A stretch of DNA of 33,385 bases, taken from IMG/VR virus record IMGVR_UViG_3300032136_000016, positions 1-33,385 of that record. One strand, written 5' to 3'. The position numbers were made by a program, and so were the translations under genes. The notes under the pieces were generated by a model. The model had not been told where the DNA came from and did not search any database. It worked only from the letters and a program-made list of their open reading frames with translations. Shown one piece after another: positions 25,186 through 33,367 of the stretch. Source of the DNA: a virus (lineage: Duplodnaviria; Caudoviricetes). The first letter of the stretch is position 1. The number at the start of each line of letters is the position of its first letter.

Positions 25186-27402
25186 ATGGCCGAACTGCGC
25201 TTTTACAGAAAGGGCGACAGCTTCTACGCGGAGCACCCTGACGGCAGAAAATTCCGCGTCCGGACAGACAACGAGGCAGTCGCGCGTAAAACCGTGACGC
25301 GTCAACTGTCGAAAACAGAGAGCGCCGCCAGATCTGCCGGTGAAACCGCTCGGTCAATGGTCGATGCGGCGTCACAAGAAATGGACGCGCTGACAAGGCC
25401 TGCGCCGCCGACGGTCGAGGCTCCAATCGAAGGCGCTCCGCCTCTGGGAACGCCAGAGAGGCAGGCATGGGAGCAGGAGCAGCAGAAACTGCGCGAGCAG
25501 CGCAAACGCGACCGCGAGTTCGTCTATGACCCGTCGAACACGTCGTTCGGCGAGTACGGATCCGGCCTCGGAATGGGCGCCATTGGCGCTCGCATAGGCG
25601 CAGAAATGGCGCGCCCCGTTGCTCCGATGCCGTACATCGGGCCTGCATCTCAGGTGATCGCGCCGATGGTCGGCGGCACCATCGGGTACGGGTATGGTCT
25701 GTACCAGTCTGAGGTCGTGCCCCGGGCGGCAAAGGCGATGGGGCTGATCGAAGACGAGATGCAGTTCCGAGACCTTGGCGGTGTCAGGAACGAGATCCTC
25801 GACAAGATGGGCGTCGACATCACGACGCAGGCCGGGATGTCTGTTCTGATGCGGTCTCTCGCGTCTCCGGCCCGGGCCGCTTATGACAAGCTCACAGGCT
25901 TGACGCCGGAAGCGCGCGAGCTGGTCATGCGCGCTGCTCAGGGTCTTGGCGTCAACCTTGGCCGCGTGAACATCGCAAACTCCCCTCTTGTGAACGGTTA
26001 TAACAAGGTGATTGGCCGGTTCCCGTTCATCGGCACGCCGGCGAAGGAGCAGGGCGCTCGCCTGCGCGGAGAGTTCGAGGACGCCACGCGCCGCCTGTTC
26101 AGCCGTGACGCGCCTATCGTGACGATGCCGGAGGCGTCGGTTGCCCTATCAGACGCGGCTCAAAAGCGGTGGAAGGCGTTCCACGGCCGGGCAGGCAAGT
26201 TGTATGACGACTACCGGGCGAAAGCGGCCACGGAAGGCGACATTGTCCCGACCAGCATCATTCAGGACGGCGTCATAAACGCGGTGAAGCGTCTGCGCGA
26301 AATCGAGTTGAGAAGCGGAGATGCTCCGAAGTCTATGGCGGAGGCATATCGGCGCGTTGAAGACACTCTGGACGACGTCCTGACCCAGACCGCTGATCGC
26401 AAGGCCATTACCGTTCAGGAACTGGACGGTCTCTACGAGATGCTGGAGTCCTCCCTGAGATCTCTCAAGGTCGAGGGGAAGCTTGGTAACACCATCAAAC
26501 TGTCCCTAACGGATCTCGCTCAGGGCCTTGAGACGGCAGAGCGCGCCATCCGCCCGGACAGTGAGGCAGCTCAGGCCTTGGCAAAAGCCGACCAGTTCTA
26601 CGCCAAGTTCATGACCCTGTTTGACCAGCCTATCGCGCAAAAGTTCAAGCGGGAGTCTCCCACGTCTTTCCGGTCACGGACATCACTGACGAGGGAGCAA
26701 GCGCGGCCGAAATTCGAGGCCGACGAGATATTCGACATGGTGTTCAGCACACGCTCCGCAGAAGCTCAGCGTACGCTGCAAAAGATTGTCGGCCCGAAGG
26801 CGTACAAAATGGCGCTTGGTGCGCATATTGACGACGTCCTGAAAAAGTCGATCTCGGAAGGATCATTTAACAAGGCAACATTCCTTGAAGGCATAGGAAT
26901 GGGCGGAAAGGACGCAAAAGCGAACGCTCTTACGGCCGCCATTGATGCCGCGAAGATCCCGCGCGAAAGGCTCAAATTGCTGGCGCAGATCGCAGAGAAA
27001 CTTGAGCCGTCCGACTTGCAGGACGTGTCTACGTTCATTCAGCGCCGCGCGACCCTCGGCGGCATGAAGTCTATCGGTACTTTGTTCGCAGGCGCCGGCG
27101 TCGCGGCCGGCACTGGGAATCCCATTGCCTTGTCCATTGCCATTCCTGTCCTCCTGCGGTGGACGACCGGAGAGCTGAACAAGCCTGTATATGATCAGCT
27201 CGCAAAACGGCTGGCGAAATACGAGCCCGGCACGCAGACGTTCCGCAACACGTTGGTGCGTCTTGGGGAGATTGCAGCCAGAGACGTAATGGCCGAGACG
27301 GAAGACGAGGTCGATTCCGTTCGCGGAGCTGCAGAAAGCGCTGTCAGGGGGGCGGAACGGGTGGGTCAAGAGTTCATGCGGGGATTTGATGGTGGACAAT
27401 GA
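25186..27402 (+). CDS. Putative large DNA transfer/ejection protein
   Basis: 738 aa, helical, with Gly-rich hydrophobic segments near residues 125-175 and 630-660; last gene before lysis. Confidence 0.65.
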   Translation: MAELRFYRKGDSFYAEHPDGRKFRVRTDNEAVARKTVTRQLSKTESAARSAGETARSMVDAASQEMDALTRPAPPTVEAPIEGAPPLGTPERQAWEQEQQKLREQRKRDREFVYDPSNTSFGEYGSGLGMGAIGARIGAEMARPVAPMPYIGPASQVIAPMVGGTIGYGYGLYQSEVVPRAAKAMGLIEDEMQFRDLGGVRNEILDKMGVDITTQAGMSVLMRSLASPARAAYDKLTGLTPEARELVMRAAQGLGVNLGRVNIANSPLVNGYNKVIGRFPFIGTPAKEQGARLRGEFEDATRRLFSRDAPIVTMPEASVALSDAAQKRWKAFHGRAGKLYDDYRAKAATEGDIVPTSIIQDGVINAVKRLREIELRSGDAPKSMAEAYRRVEDTLDDVLTQTADRKAITVQELDGLYEMLESSLRSLKVEGKLGNTIKLSLTDLAQGLETAERAIRPDSEAAQALAKADQFYAKFMTLFDQPIAQKFKRESPTSFRSRTSLTREQARPKFEADEIFDMVFSTRSAEAQRTLQKIVGPKAYKMALGAHIDDVLKKSISEGSFNKATFLEGIGMGGKDAKANALTAAIDAAKIPRERLKLLAQIAEKLEPSDLQDVSTFIQRRATLGGMKSIGTLFAGAGVAAGTGNPIALSIAIPVLLRWTTGELNKPVYDQLAKRLAKYEPGTQTFRNTLVRLGEIAARDVMAETEDEVDSVRGAAESAVRGAERVGQEFMRGFDGGQ

Positions 27403-27592
27403 TAGAAAAGAACCGGACCTGACCGATGACGAAATCAAAGATTTACGCAGGATTATCGAAGACAACAAGCGCATGGAATGGCTTGGATCTGTCATTCGCA
27501 AAACGGCCGCATGGATCGCAGTCGTCATTGGGTCTTTGGTGCTTCTTTGGGACCAGCTTGTACGCCTCATCAAGGGGATTGCGAATGGTTGA
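27389..27592 (+). CDS. Small single-TM membrane protein, holin candidate
   Basis: Charged N-terminus, then TAAWIAVVIGSLVLLW; first gene of the lysis region; exact start uncertain (27386/27389/27392). Confidence 0.55.
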   Translation: MVDNDRKEPDLTDDEIKDLRRIIEDNKRMEWLGSVIRKTAAWIAVVIGSLVLLWDQLVRLIKGIANG

Positions 27593-28034
27593 TAAGATTA
27601 TATTCCAGAAACCATCAATTTTTGAAAGAATTGCGTGGTCTTTTCTTATAATCTCAGTCTCCTTTAGTTTGAGCGAAGGATTGCGTCGTTTTTTATCACC
27701 GGACGGGCCGCCTGTTAGCATTTCCGCGACGGAAGCGATCAATAGCCCGGTTCATATTGGCGAGCCCCTGAAAGTGCGCATAATCCGTGACAAGACGCGC
27801 GACGACTGTTCCCTGAGGTCTGAACGCACAGCTCAGAACGAAGACGGTAAGAATTACGATCTCGGAGTTGTTTTCTACAAAGGCGGTTCGTCAAAAACGG
27901 ATTCAGTGGTTATTAATTATCCGACGTCGTCTCTTTCTCCCGGACGGTACCACCTCAAGGTAAAATTGGCTTACATTTGCCCGGAAAGGGTGTATCATGT
28001 GACGCAACCAGACACTCGGTTCCGCGTTTTATAG
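27585..28034 (+). CDS. N-terminally anchored membrane protein with a predicted periplasmic beta domain (two Cys)
   Basis: ATG 27585 after AAGGGG; IAWSFLIISVSFSL TM; DDCSL and YICP; LSPGRYHLKV Ig-like strand; AT-richer. Confidence 0.65.
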   Translation: MVDKIIFQKPSIFERIAWSFLIISVSFSLSEGLRRFLSPDGPPVSISATEAINSPVHIGEPLKVRIIRDKTRDDCSLRSERTAQNEDGKNYDLGVVFYKGGSSKTDSVVINYPTSSLSPGRYHLKVKLAYICPERVYHVTQPDTRFRVL

Positions 28035-28043
28035 TGAGGGCAA

Positions 28044-28664
28044 ATGCGCGACATCAGCCAAATCATCATCCATTGCTCTGCCACGCCGGAGGGGCGGGAC
28101 GTCAGCATCGACGAGATCCGCAAGTGGCATGTCGAGGAGCGCGGATGGAGCGACATCGGCTATCATTATGTGATCGGCCTCGACGGCCAGATCCATAAAG
28201 GGCGCCCTGTCGAGACGCAAGGCGCACACTGCAAGGGCCAGAACCATAACAGCATCGGCATCTGTTACGTCGGCGGCATGGACGTCGCCGGGAAGCGCCC
28301 GAAGGACACGCGCACCAAACAGCAGCAACAGGCGCTCATGAGCCTGCTGCGCCTGCTCCGCGACGACTACGGCGTTACCGAGATCCACGGTCACAACGAG
28401 TACAGCAACAAGGCATGCCCGAGTTTCAACGTGCAGACCGAGCTGAAGCACCCGGGAGGCAAGCCGCTGGCTGCTTCAAAGAAAGCACGCGGTGCGGCGG
28501 CGGCGGCGGTCGGCACGACGCTCTCCGCAGTATCCGAACAGATCCAGCCTCTGATCGGCTACGCTGACATCTTGAAGTGGGTGTTCCTCGCGCTCGCCCT
28601 CGGCGGCATCGCCTTCAGCGTCTGGGCGCAGTTGGACGACCGCAAGAAGAGGGTAGTCGGATGA
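28044..28664 (+). CDS. Endolysin, N-acetylmuramoyl-L-alanine amidase (T7 lysozyme/Amidase_2 family) with C-terminal membrane segment
   Basis: IIIHCSAT, GWSDIGYHYVI, GAHCKGQN, SIGICYVGG, GHNEYSNKACPSF (Zn ligands H/H/C); C-terminal WVFLALALGGIAFSVW then RKKR. Confidence 0.92.
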   Translation: MRDISQIIIHCSATPEGRDVSIDEIRKWHVEERGWSDIGYHYVIGLDGQIHKGRPVETQGAHCKGQNHNSIGICYVGGMDVAGKRPKDTRTKQQQQALMSLLRLLRDDYGVTEIHGHNEYSNKACPSFNVQTELKHPGGKPLAASKKARGAAAAAVGTTLSAVSEQIQPLIGYADILKWVFLALALGGIAFSVWAQLDDRKKRVVG

Positions 28665-28756
28665 TGATGTTTGCAATTGGTTTCGGCGTTGGCGTGTTGG
28701 CGTCTGTCGCGGCATTTTTCATCGCGATCATTTGGGCCCATGTGAGAACAGAATGA
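28661..28756 (+). CDS. 31-aa single-TM peptide (not in ORF track)
   Basis: MMMFAIGFGVGVLASVAAFFIAIIWAHVRTE; ATGA overlaps with both the endolysin stop and the i-spanin start. Confidence 0.7.
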   Translation: MMMFAIGFGVGVLASVAAFFIAIIWAHVRTE

Positions 28757-29037
28757 CCTTCATCCTCTCATTCCTCGGATCCAAAGTCGGCCGATACGTC
28801 CTGATCGCCGCCGGCGCGGCTCTGGCGGTCCTGATCGTCCTGATGAAGGTGTTCAACGCCGGGAAGCGCTCAGTCGTGGTCGACAGCATGGAGCGCGCTC
28901 TGGACGGTGTGAAACAAAAGACCCGGGTCGAGGAACGGGTCGAGAAGGAGGCGCGCGATGAAGCGGCTAAAGATCCTGATCGCAGTCCTGCTGATGTCAA
29001 GCGCGACAGGCTGCGCGACCAATGGACAAGTGACTGA
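28753..29037 (+). CDS. Inner-membrane spanin (Rz-like)
   Basis: N-terminal TM YVLIAAGAALAVLIVLM, then a charged coiled coil; 3' end overlaps a lipoprotein gene in another frame. Confidence 0.8.
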   Translation: MTFILSFLGSKVGRYVLIAAGAALAVLIVLMKVFNAGKRSVVVDSMERALDGVKQKTRVEERVEKEARDEAAKDPDRSPADVKRDRLRDQWTSD

Positions 29038-29158
29038 CGATTTCTGCTTGCTAACCAAACCGATCCGACCGACCACCGCCGATGTCAATGTCATCAGCGA
29101 TGGTCTGGTGGATCAGATCCTGAAGTTCAACGAGCTTTGGAGAGAGCGGTGCAATTGA
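28958..29158 (+). CDS. Outer-membrane spanin lipoprotein (Rz1-like)
   Basis: MKRLKILIAVLLMSSATG-C lipobox; AGGAGG RBS; two further Cys; overlapped Rz/Rz1 architecture. Confidence 0.85.
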   Translation: MKRLKILIAVLLMSSATGCATNGQVTDDFCLLTKPIRPTTADVNVISDGLVDQILKFNELWRERCN

Positions 29159-29174
29159 TCAAGGCGTGTCTTAA

Positions 29175-29345
29175 TTAAAAATTGACCTCCCACTGCTCCC
29201 CAGATGCGTGTCGTTTTTTCAGCCGATTGATCTCGAGCGTCAGAAAGTATGACTGAGTCTGGTCGTCGTTTTCCCATTCGACGACGTCACGGTCCCGTTG
29301 CAGGCGGCGTATAGCCGCCTGTATGGGTTCAACGGCGGGGAGCAT
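29175..29345 (-). CDS. 56-aa hypothetical protein (not in ORF track)
   Basis: MLPAVEPIQAAIRRLQRDRDVVEWENDDQTQSYFLTLEINRLKKRHASGEQWEVNF; ATG overlaps the exonuclease stop (TAATG); GAGG upstream. Confidence 0.7.
   Translation of the reverse strand: MLPAVEPIQAAIRRLQRDRDVVEWENDDQTQSYFLTLEINRLKKRHASGEQWEVNF
29301..29321. terminator. 8-bp hairpin near the convergence of the two operons
   Basis: CAGGCGGC-GTATA-GCCGCCTG; no good U-tract on either strand and it lies inside the 56-aa ORF. Confidence 0.25.
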
Positions 29346-30298
29346 TATGCCTCGCTCTCGTCGTCGAACACATTGTCCTTCGGGTAGACCAGAGCGTTCC
29401 GGCGCTTGGTCTTGTCGTTGGTCTTTGCGTTCAGTTTTCCCCAGCGTGACACGATCTCGCCGGCGGTCCCGGCCAGTTCCATCAGCAGCATTTTGCCCTC
29501 GCTCTTGAGCATATCGCCGTCTTTGACCATTTGCGCGCCGATTGCGTACTTTTTGAGCGCGCCACGGACCTGAGACTGGAAGTCGGCGCTCATGGTCTCG
29601 GCGTCGATCACCTCCTCGTCAACTACGCCCTCTCTCCACGCCTCCCGCGCCGCATTTAGATCCTTCTCCGCGTTCCAGCGGGGCTCCTCTCCGGCCTCGA
29701 CGGCGTCCCAGAACTCTGAAACGCGTTTTTTGATCATCTCCTGCAGTTTGGCGTGCGGCTCGACCTTGATGAACTGCGGATCGTTTCCGCCGATCAGGGC
29801 GCCGATGTAAGCATACGGAGCCCCGGTCGCGATCATCTGCTGCTGAACCTGAAGCTGAATGTGCAGCGGCGCGCGGTACTCTCCACCCGGAAGCCGCTCC
29901 CAGTCTTCCCACGCGACGCGGCTGTCGACGTTCTTGATCTCGAACGGAATGTCGACTTTCTCGCCGTCGATCTCCTCGACGATCTTGTAGTCGAGAGACG
30001 CGCCGAGACCCGGGACGTCAGCGGCGGTGTAGTACAGCCGCACCTTCTCAATGTGCAGGCCGTGCAGACGCGCCAGACCGAACGCGATGGCCGGCTCAAG
30101 GTGCGAGCCCCAGAAGACGCGCAGGTCGTCAGATATATCCTCCGGGCTGATGGTCCCGCGCTTCTGGTGGTAAAGCTGGAACGGCGTCGAGTATTTCTCC
30201 ACGCCCATCAGCGCCTCGATATCGGACGAGCCGATGTGCTTGTCGCGCAGTTCGTGCCACTGCTGCTCGGTTTCAAAGTTGTGGATTTGCGGTGCCAT
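29345..30298 (-). CDS. YqaJ-like (lambda-exonuclease family) recombination exonuclease
   Basis: WHELRDKHIGSSD, TPFQLYHQK, WGSHLEPAI, GASLD, FEIKN, QVQQQM; GAGGAG RBS. Confidence 0.9.
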   Translation of the reverse strand: MAPQIHNFETEQQWHELRDKHIGSSDIEALMGVEKYSTPFQLYHQKRGTISPEDISDDLRVFWGSHLEPAIAFGLARLHGLHIEKVRLYYTAADVPGLGASLDYKIVEEIDGEKVDIPFEIKNVDSRVAWEDWERLPGGEYRAPLHIQLQVQQQMIATGAPYAYIGALIGGNDPQFIKVEPHAKLQEMIKKRVSEFWDAVEAGEEPRWNAEKDLNAAREAWREGVVDEEVIDAETMSADFQSQVRGALKKYAIGAQMVKDGDMLKSEGKMLLMELAGTAGEIVSRWGKLNAKTNDKTKRRNALVYPKDNVFDDESEA

Positions 30299-30329
30299 TG
30301 GTATCTCCTCTCAAATCAAATGAGCCGTC

Positions 30330-30357
30330 ATTATGCAGGAAGCGGCGGCTGCGTCAA
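30330..30357 (-). promoter_or_regulatory. Probable sigma70-type promoter for the exonuclease gene
   Basis: Minus strand TTGACG-N16-CATAAT in the 55-bp gap, upstream of the GAGGAG RBS. Confidence 0.55.
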
Positions 30358-31799
30358 CCAAAATTCACGCGCTTGCTCGCTCGTCGACCGGCCCACGGCG
30401 GCTCCTCGTTTCGGACGCGATAAACCCAAGCGACTTTGTACGGTTTCCCGTCGATCTTCGTGCGCTGTTTAGCCAGAGCGATGGCGTCGTGAACCGTCGG
30501 CGCCTCGCGGATCATGCGCTCGAAATCCTTGTACTCCACTTTCTGGAAAGGCAGCTCCGTGACCTCCTTCAGGTCTCCTTCAACCTCTTCCGGTCCTTCG
30601 CGCCCCTCGCTTTCTTTCGGCTCAAATCCGCACGGGCGCTCGCCGCACTGCCTGAACACCTTAATCCGGTTGTGCGGCTCCGCCATCCGGCCGCACACCT
30701 CGCACATTGAGACGCCCGGCGGATCCTGCTTTTTGTCACGTCCGGATAGCGTCCATGAGCGCTCGCTATCTGGCAGACCGTGCCGAGACGCATTGTCAAC
30801 GTGATCAAGGATGATAGCGTGCGACCCGTCTGGCTTCGGCCTGAGAGCCCGGCCTACCTGCTGGAGGAACAGCGTCAGGCTCGCGGTGGGGCGCAGCAGT
30901 TGGACCCCCTGCGCCCCGGGCACGTCCACACCTTCTGAGATGACATCGACCGAGAGCAGCACGTTCAAGCGCATCTCTCTGAACGCCCTCATCGTGCGCG
31001 CTCGGTCGTCAGGGTTATCGGCGCCGGTTACGAGGCCCACGCGCCACCCGCGCGCCGCGTACGCGTCCCTGACGGCTTCAGCGTGATGGATCGACGCGCA
31101 GAACGTGATGCACGGCGCGCCGTTGAAATGGCGCTCGTACAGATCGACAGCGTTGCCGACAATCTTGGGCCGGTTCACAAGCTCCTCGACCTCCTCGCGC
31201 TTGTAGTCTCCACCTCGCTTGTGGAGCCCGCTGACGTCAAGGCGCTCTTCCGGGACGAAATAGCGGTACGAGGCGAGGAACCCGTTGGCGATCAGCCAGC
31301 GCATGTCCGGGCCGATCACCAGCTCTTCGAACAGGTCGCCGAGACCCTTGCCGTCCAGCCTCTGCGGTGTCGCGGTGAGACCGACGATCTTCGCGTTCGG
31401 AAAATGGTCGGCAATCTTGCGCCACTGCCCGACCACGGCGTGATGCGCCTCGTCAATGATGACCAGATCCGGTGCCGGAATCTTGTCCAGACGACGGACG
31501 ATTGTTTGCGCCATGCCGATTTGCACCGACGCCAGAGAGGGTGCGAACGGAGCCCCGCTCATGATCCGGCCGAACCGGACGCCCCAGTCCTGCGCGTTGC
31601 CGACAAGCTGCTCGCAAATTTCCACGCGGTGAGCAATGACAAGGGTTCGCAGGCCCTTCGACGCCGACGACGCGGAGAGGAAAGACAGCATCTGCCCTTT
31701 CCCGCCGCCGGTCGGGAGGACAAGGCAAACGCTTCTATTCTCTCTGAGCACGCGTCGGCCTCCGTCGATCATTGTCTCCTGATACTGCCTAAGCTGCAT
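30354..31799 (-). CDS. SF2 DEAH-box helicase (RadD/YejH/UvsW-like) with C-terminal Zn-finger
   Basis: Start 31799 (MQLRQYQ; TGATG coupling); LPTGGGK, IIDEAHH, GLTATPQR, SEGVDVP, QQVGRALR, CEVC...C....C. Confidence 0.9.
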   Translation of the reverse strand: MQLRQYQETMIDGGRRVLRENRSVCLVLPTGGGKGQMLSFLSASSASKGLRTLVIAHRVEICEQLVGNAQDWGVRFGRIMSGAPFAPSLASVQIGMAQTIVRRLDKIPAPDLVIIDEAHHAVVGQWRKIADHFPNAKIVGLTATPQRLDGKGLGDLFEELVIGPDMRWLIANGFLASYRYFVPEERLDVSGLHKRGGDYKREEVEELVNRPKIVGNAVDLYERHFNGAPCITFCASIHHAEAVRDAYAARGWRVGLVTGADNPDDRARTMRAFREMRLNVLLSVDVISEGVDVPGAQGVQLLRPTASLTLFLQQVGRALRPKPDGSHAIILDHVDNASRHGLPDSERSWTLSGRDKKQDPPGVSMCEVCGRMAEPHNRIKVFRQCGERPCGFEPKESEGREGPEEVEGDLKEVTELPFQKVEYKDFERMIREAPTVHDAIALAKQRTKIDGKPYKVAWVYRVRNEEPPWAGRRASKRVNFG

Positions 31800-32059
31800 C
31801 AGACCCTCGGGTACTCGGCCGATGGGATCTCCCCGTGCGTCCACTCCCCGCACCACTTGAAGCCGAGGACGCCGGGCGATTTCGACTTGATCTCCGCCTT
31901 CCCTCCAACCTCCTCCGGGAGGTCAGTCACGAGCGCGACCGGCGGGAACCTCCGGCACTCTCCGGCCACCTGAGTCTTTCCATTCCCATCTAAAAACCGC
32001 GAGATCGGGAAAAAATACATGCATGCTTCGCATTGACGGGGCGCATCGATATCACTCAT
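31799..32059 (-). CDS. Small Cys-rich phage protein
   Basis: CEACMYF...GECRRFPP...WCGEW; AGGAG RBS. Confidence 0.75.
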   Translation of the reverse strand: MSDIDAPRQCEACMYFFPISRFLDGNGKTQVAGECRRFPPVALVTDLPEEVGGKAEIKSKSPGVLGFKWCGEWTHGEIPSAEYPRV

Positions 32060-32068
32060 TTTTAGCTC

Positions 32069-32269
32069 CTAAAACAGATCGGAAGCAGATCTCTCCGCCT
32101 GCCTCCGATCAATATATGGCATATGGCATGCCGCGTGAACGGAAGCACCGTCGCCGAGACATCGCAAGTCATTGCCTATGATGTCTTCACCGCACTGATC
32201 ACAGGGACCGTAATTAGCGGTCGGCGACGGTGCCGATGCGCGTTTACTCGATTTCTTCGTACGACGCAT
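32069..32269 (-). CDS. Small putative Zn-finger protein
   Basis: CDQCGEDI...HAACH; basic N-terminus; fills the gap between recT and the next gene. Confidence 0.6.
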   Translation of the reverse strand: MRRTKKSSKRASAPSPTANYGPCDQCGEDIIGNDLRCLGDGASVHAACHMPYIDRRQAERSASDLF

Positions 32270-33140
32270 CTTCGATCACGTCTCCGTCATCGCCGTCGGC
32301 CTGATCGTCGCCGCCCTCGTCGCCGTCGTTCTGATCTTCAGCAGCGAGACGCTCTGCCAGTTCGTCCGGGTCCGTTTTGCGCTCCTTTTTTCTGCGTGCG
32401 ATGCGCGCCGGCGGGGCGCTTGCGGACGGTGCGGACGATGCCGGGAGGGCATTAATCTGCACCTCCGAGTCATCGTCCTCGAGCAGGAGCTGCTCTACCC
32501 GTCGGTCAACCGTCGACGTCGGGAGCAGCTTGGCGAGCTGGCGGATGGCCGTCTTGGTAGCCATCGCCTCCCAGTCGGTCTTCCACGGCCCGTTGTCCTT
32601 TGCGGGCGACCGGGCGCGGATCTTCTCGACCTCGGCCGTGGACATCACCTTCGCCTGAAACCCACCGTCCTTGAAAACGGCAACAGCGAACGCGCCGATA
32701 GGCTTGCCGGGATCAGTCCAGTTAGGGACGACAGAGAAGCGAGGATCAGTCCCGCGCTGGTAGTCGATATCGTCGTTCTCGTAAAGCACTCCAGCATCGA
32801 TGGTCGAGATCTCGCCCGTGTTGCGGACCAGCTTCAGCAGGCCCCGATACCCGGCTTGGAACTGCACTTCCTTGCCGCCGCCCTTCGTGCGCCGGATGAC
32901 AAGGTAGGCCTCGCCGTTGATGTCGCTGATCTCCAGACCGGCGGCGCAGGCCTGCCTGATGGACAGGAACAGGGACTTGCGGTCGGCGCTCAGGAGGTCC
33001 GGGTTCTTGACCACGGCGGTGGTGGTCGTCCTCATGAAGCGGTCGACGCTGACGCCTTCCGGGAGCATCTGCGCGTACTCGTCGCGTTTTGCGGCGATGG
33101 TCTCCTGAAAGACGACGACGGGGTTCTTTGCTTCGGCCAT
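32244..33140 (-). CDS. recT: RecT-family single-strand annealing protein
   Basis: LPEGVSVDRFMR, NPDL, GEAYLV, QFQAGYRGLLKLV, GPWKTDWEAMATKTAIRQLAKLLP; acidic C-tail; GGAGG RBS. Confidence 0.92.
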   Translation of the reverse strand: MAEAKNPVVVFQETIAAKRDEYAQMLPEGVSVDRFMRTTTTAVVKNPDLLSADRKSLFLSIRQACAAGLEISDINGEAYLVIRRTKGGGKEVQFQAGYRGLLKLVRNTGEISTIDAGVLYENDDIDYQRGTDPRFSVVPNWTDPGKPIGAFAVAVFKDGGFQAKVMSTAEVEKIRARSPAKDNGPWKTDWEAMATKTAIRQLAKLLPTSTVDRRVEQLLLEDDDSEVQINALPASSAPSASAPPARIARRKKERKTDPDELAERLAAEDQNDGDEGGDDQADGDDGDVIEDASYEEIE

Positions 33141-33143
33141 GCC

Positions 33144-33212
33144 TCAGCCTCCAATGACATTGATGATGATGGGAATTGCGAACGCAACTGCGAGCACGAT
33201 GGAAATTGTCAT
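33144..33212 (-). CDS. 22-aa hydrophobic peptide (not in ORF track)
   Basis: MTISIVLAVAFAIPIIINVIGG; strong AAGGAGAGGT RBS; stops 3 nt before the recT ATG. Confidence 0.6.
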   Translation of the reverse strand: MTISIVLAVAFAIPIIINVIGG

Positions 33213-33238
33213 TTACCTCTCCTTACTGATGGGCCTGT

Positions 33239-33327
33239 CTTATCGCATTACGGCGAGAATGGGTCAACAAATTATTTTTCAGGTCCATGCTTTTATTGTT
33301 GACGTATACCGTACGATGCATGAATAT
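33239..33327. promoter_or_regulatory. Divergent promoter region
   Basis: Minus: TTGACC(33267-33262)-N17-GATAAG. Plus: TTGACG(33299-33304)-N17-GAATAT. AT-rich spacer, and both -35 boxes are preceded by A/T tracts ending in TTG. Confidence 0.6.
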
Positions 33328-33367
33328 GCCTCATCACAGCGCTCCGGCGCATACTGAGGAGAGAGAA

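Noticed and set aside
8170-28034. Genome-wide TAG recoding
   Set aside because: Genes are intact in code 11, and several TAG stops (8172, 13490, 28034) are followed soon after by other in-frame stops or by out-of-frame genes.
33139-33357. 72-aa plus-strand ORF across the divergent promoter region
   Set aside because: No RBS; overlaps the minus-strand peptide gene and both promoter-like elements.
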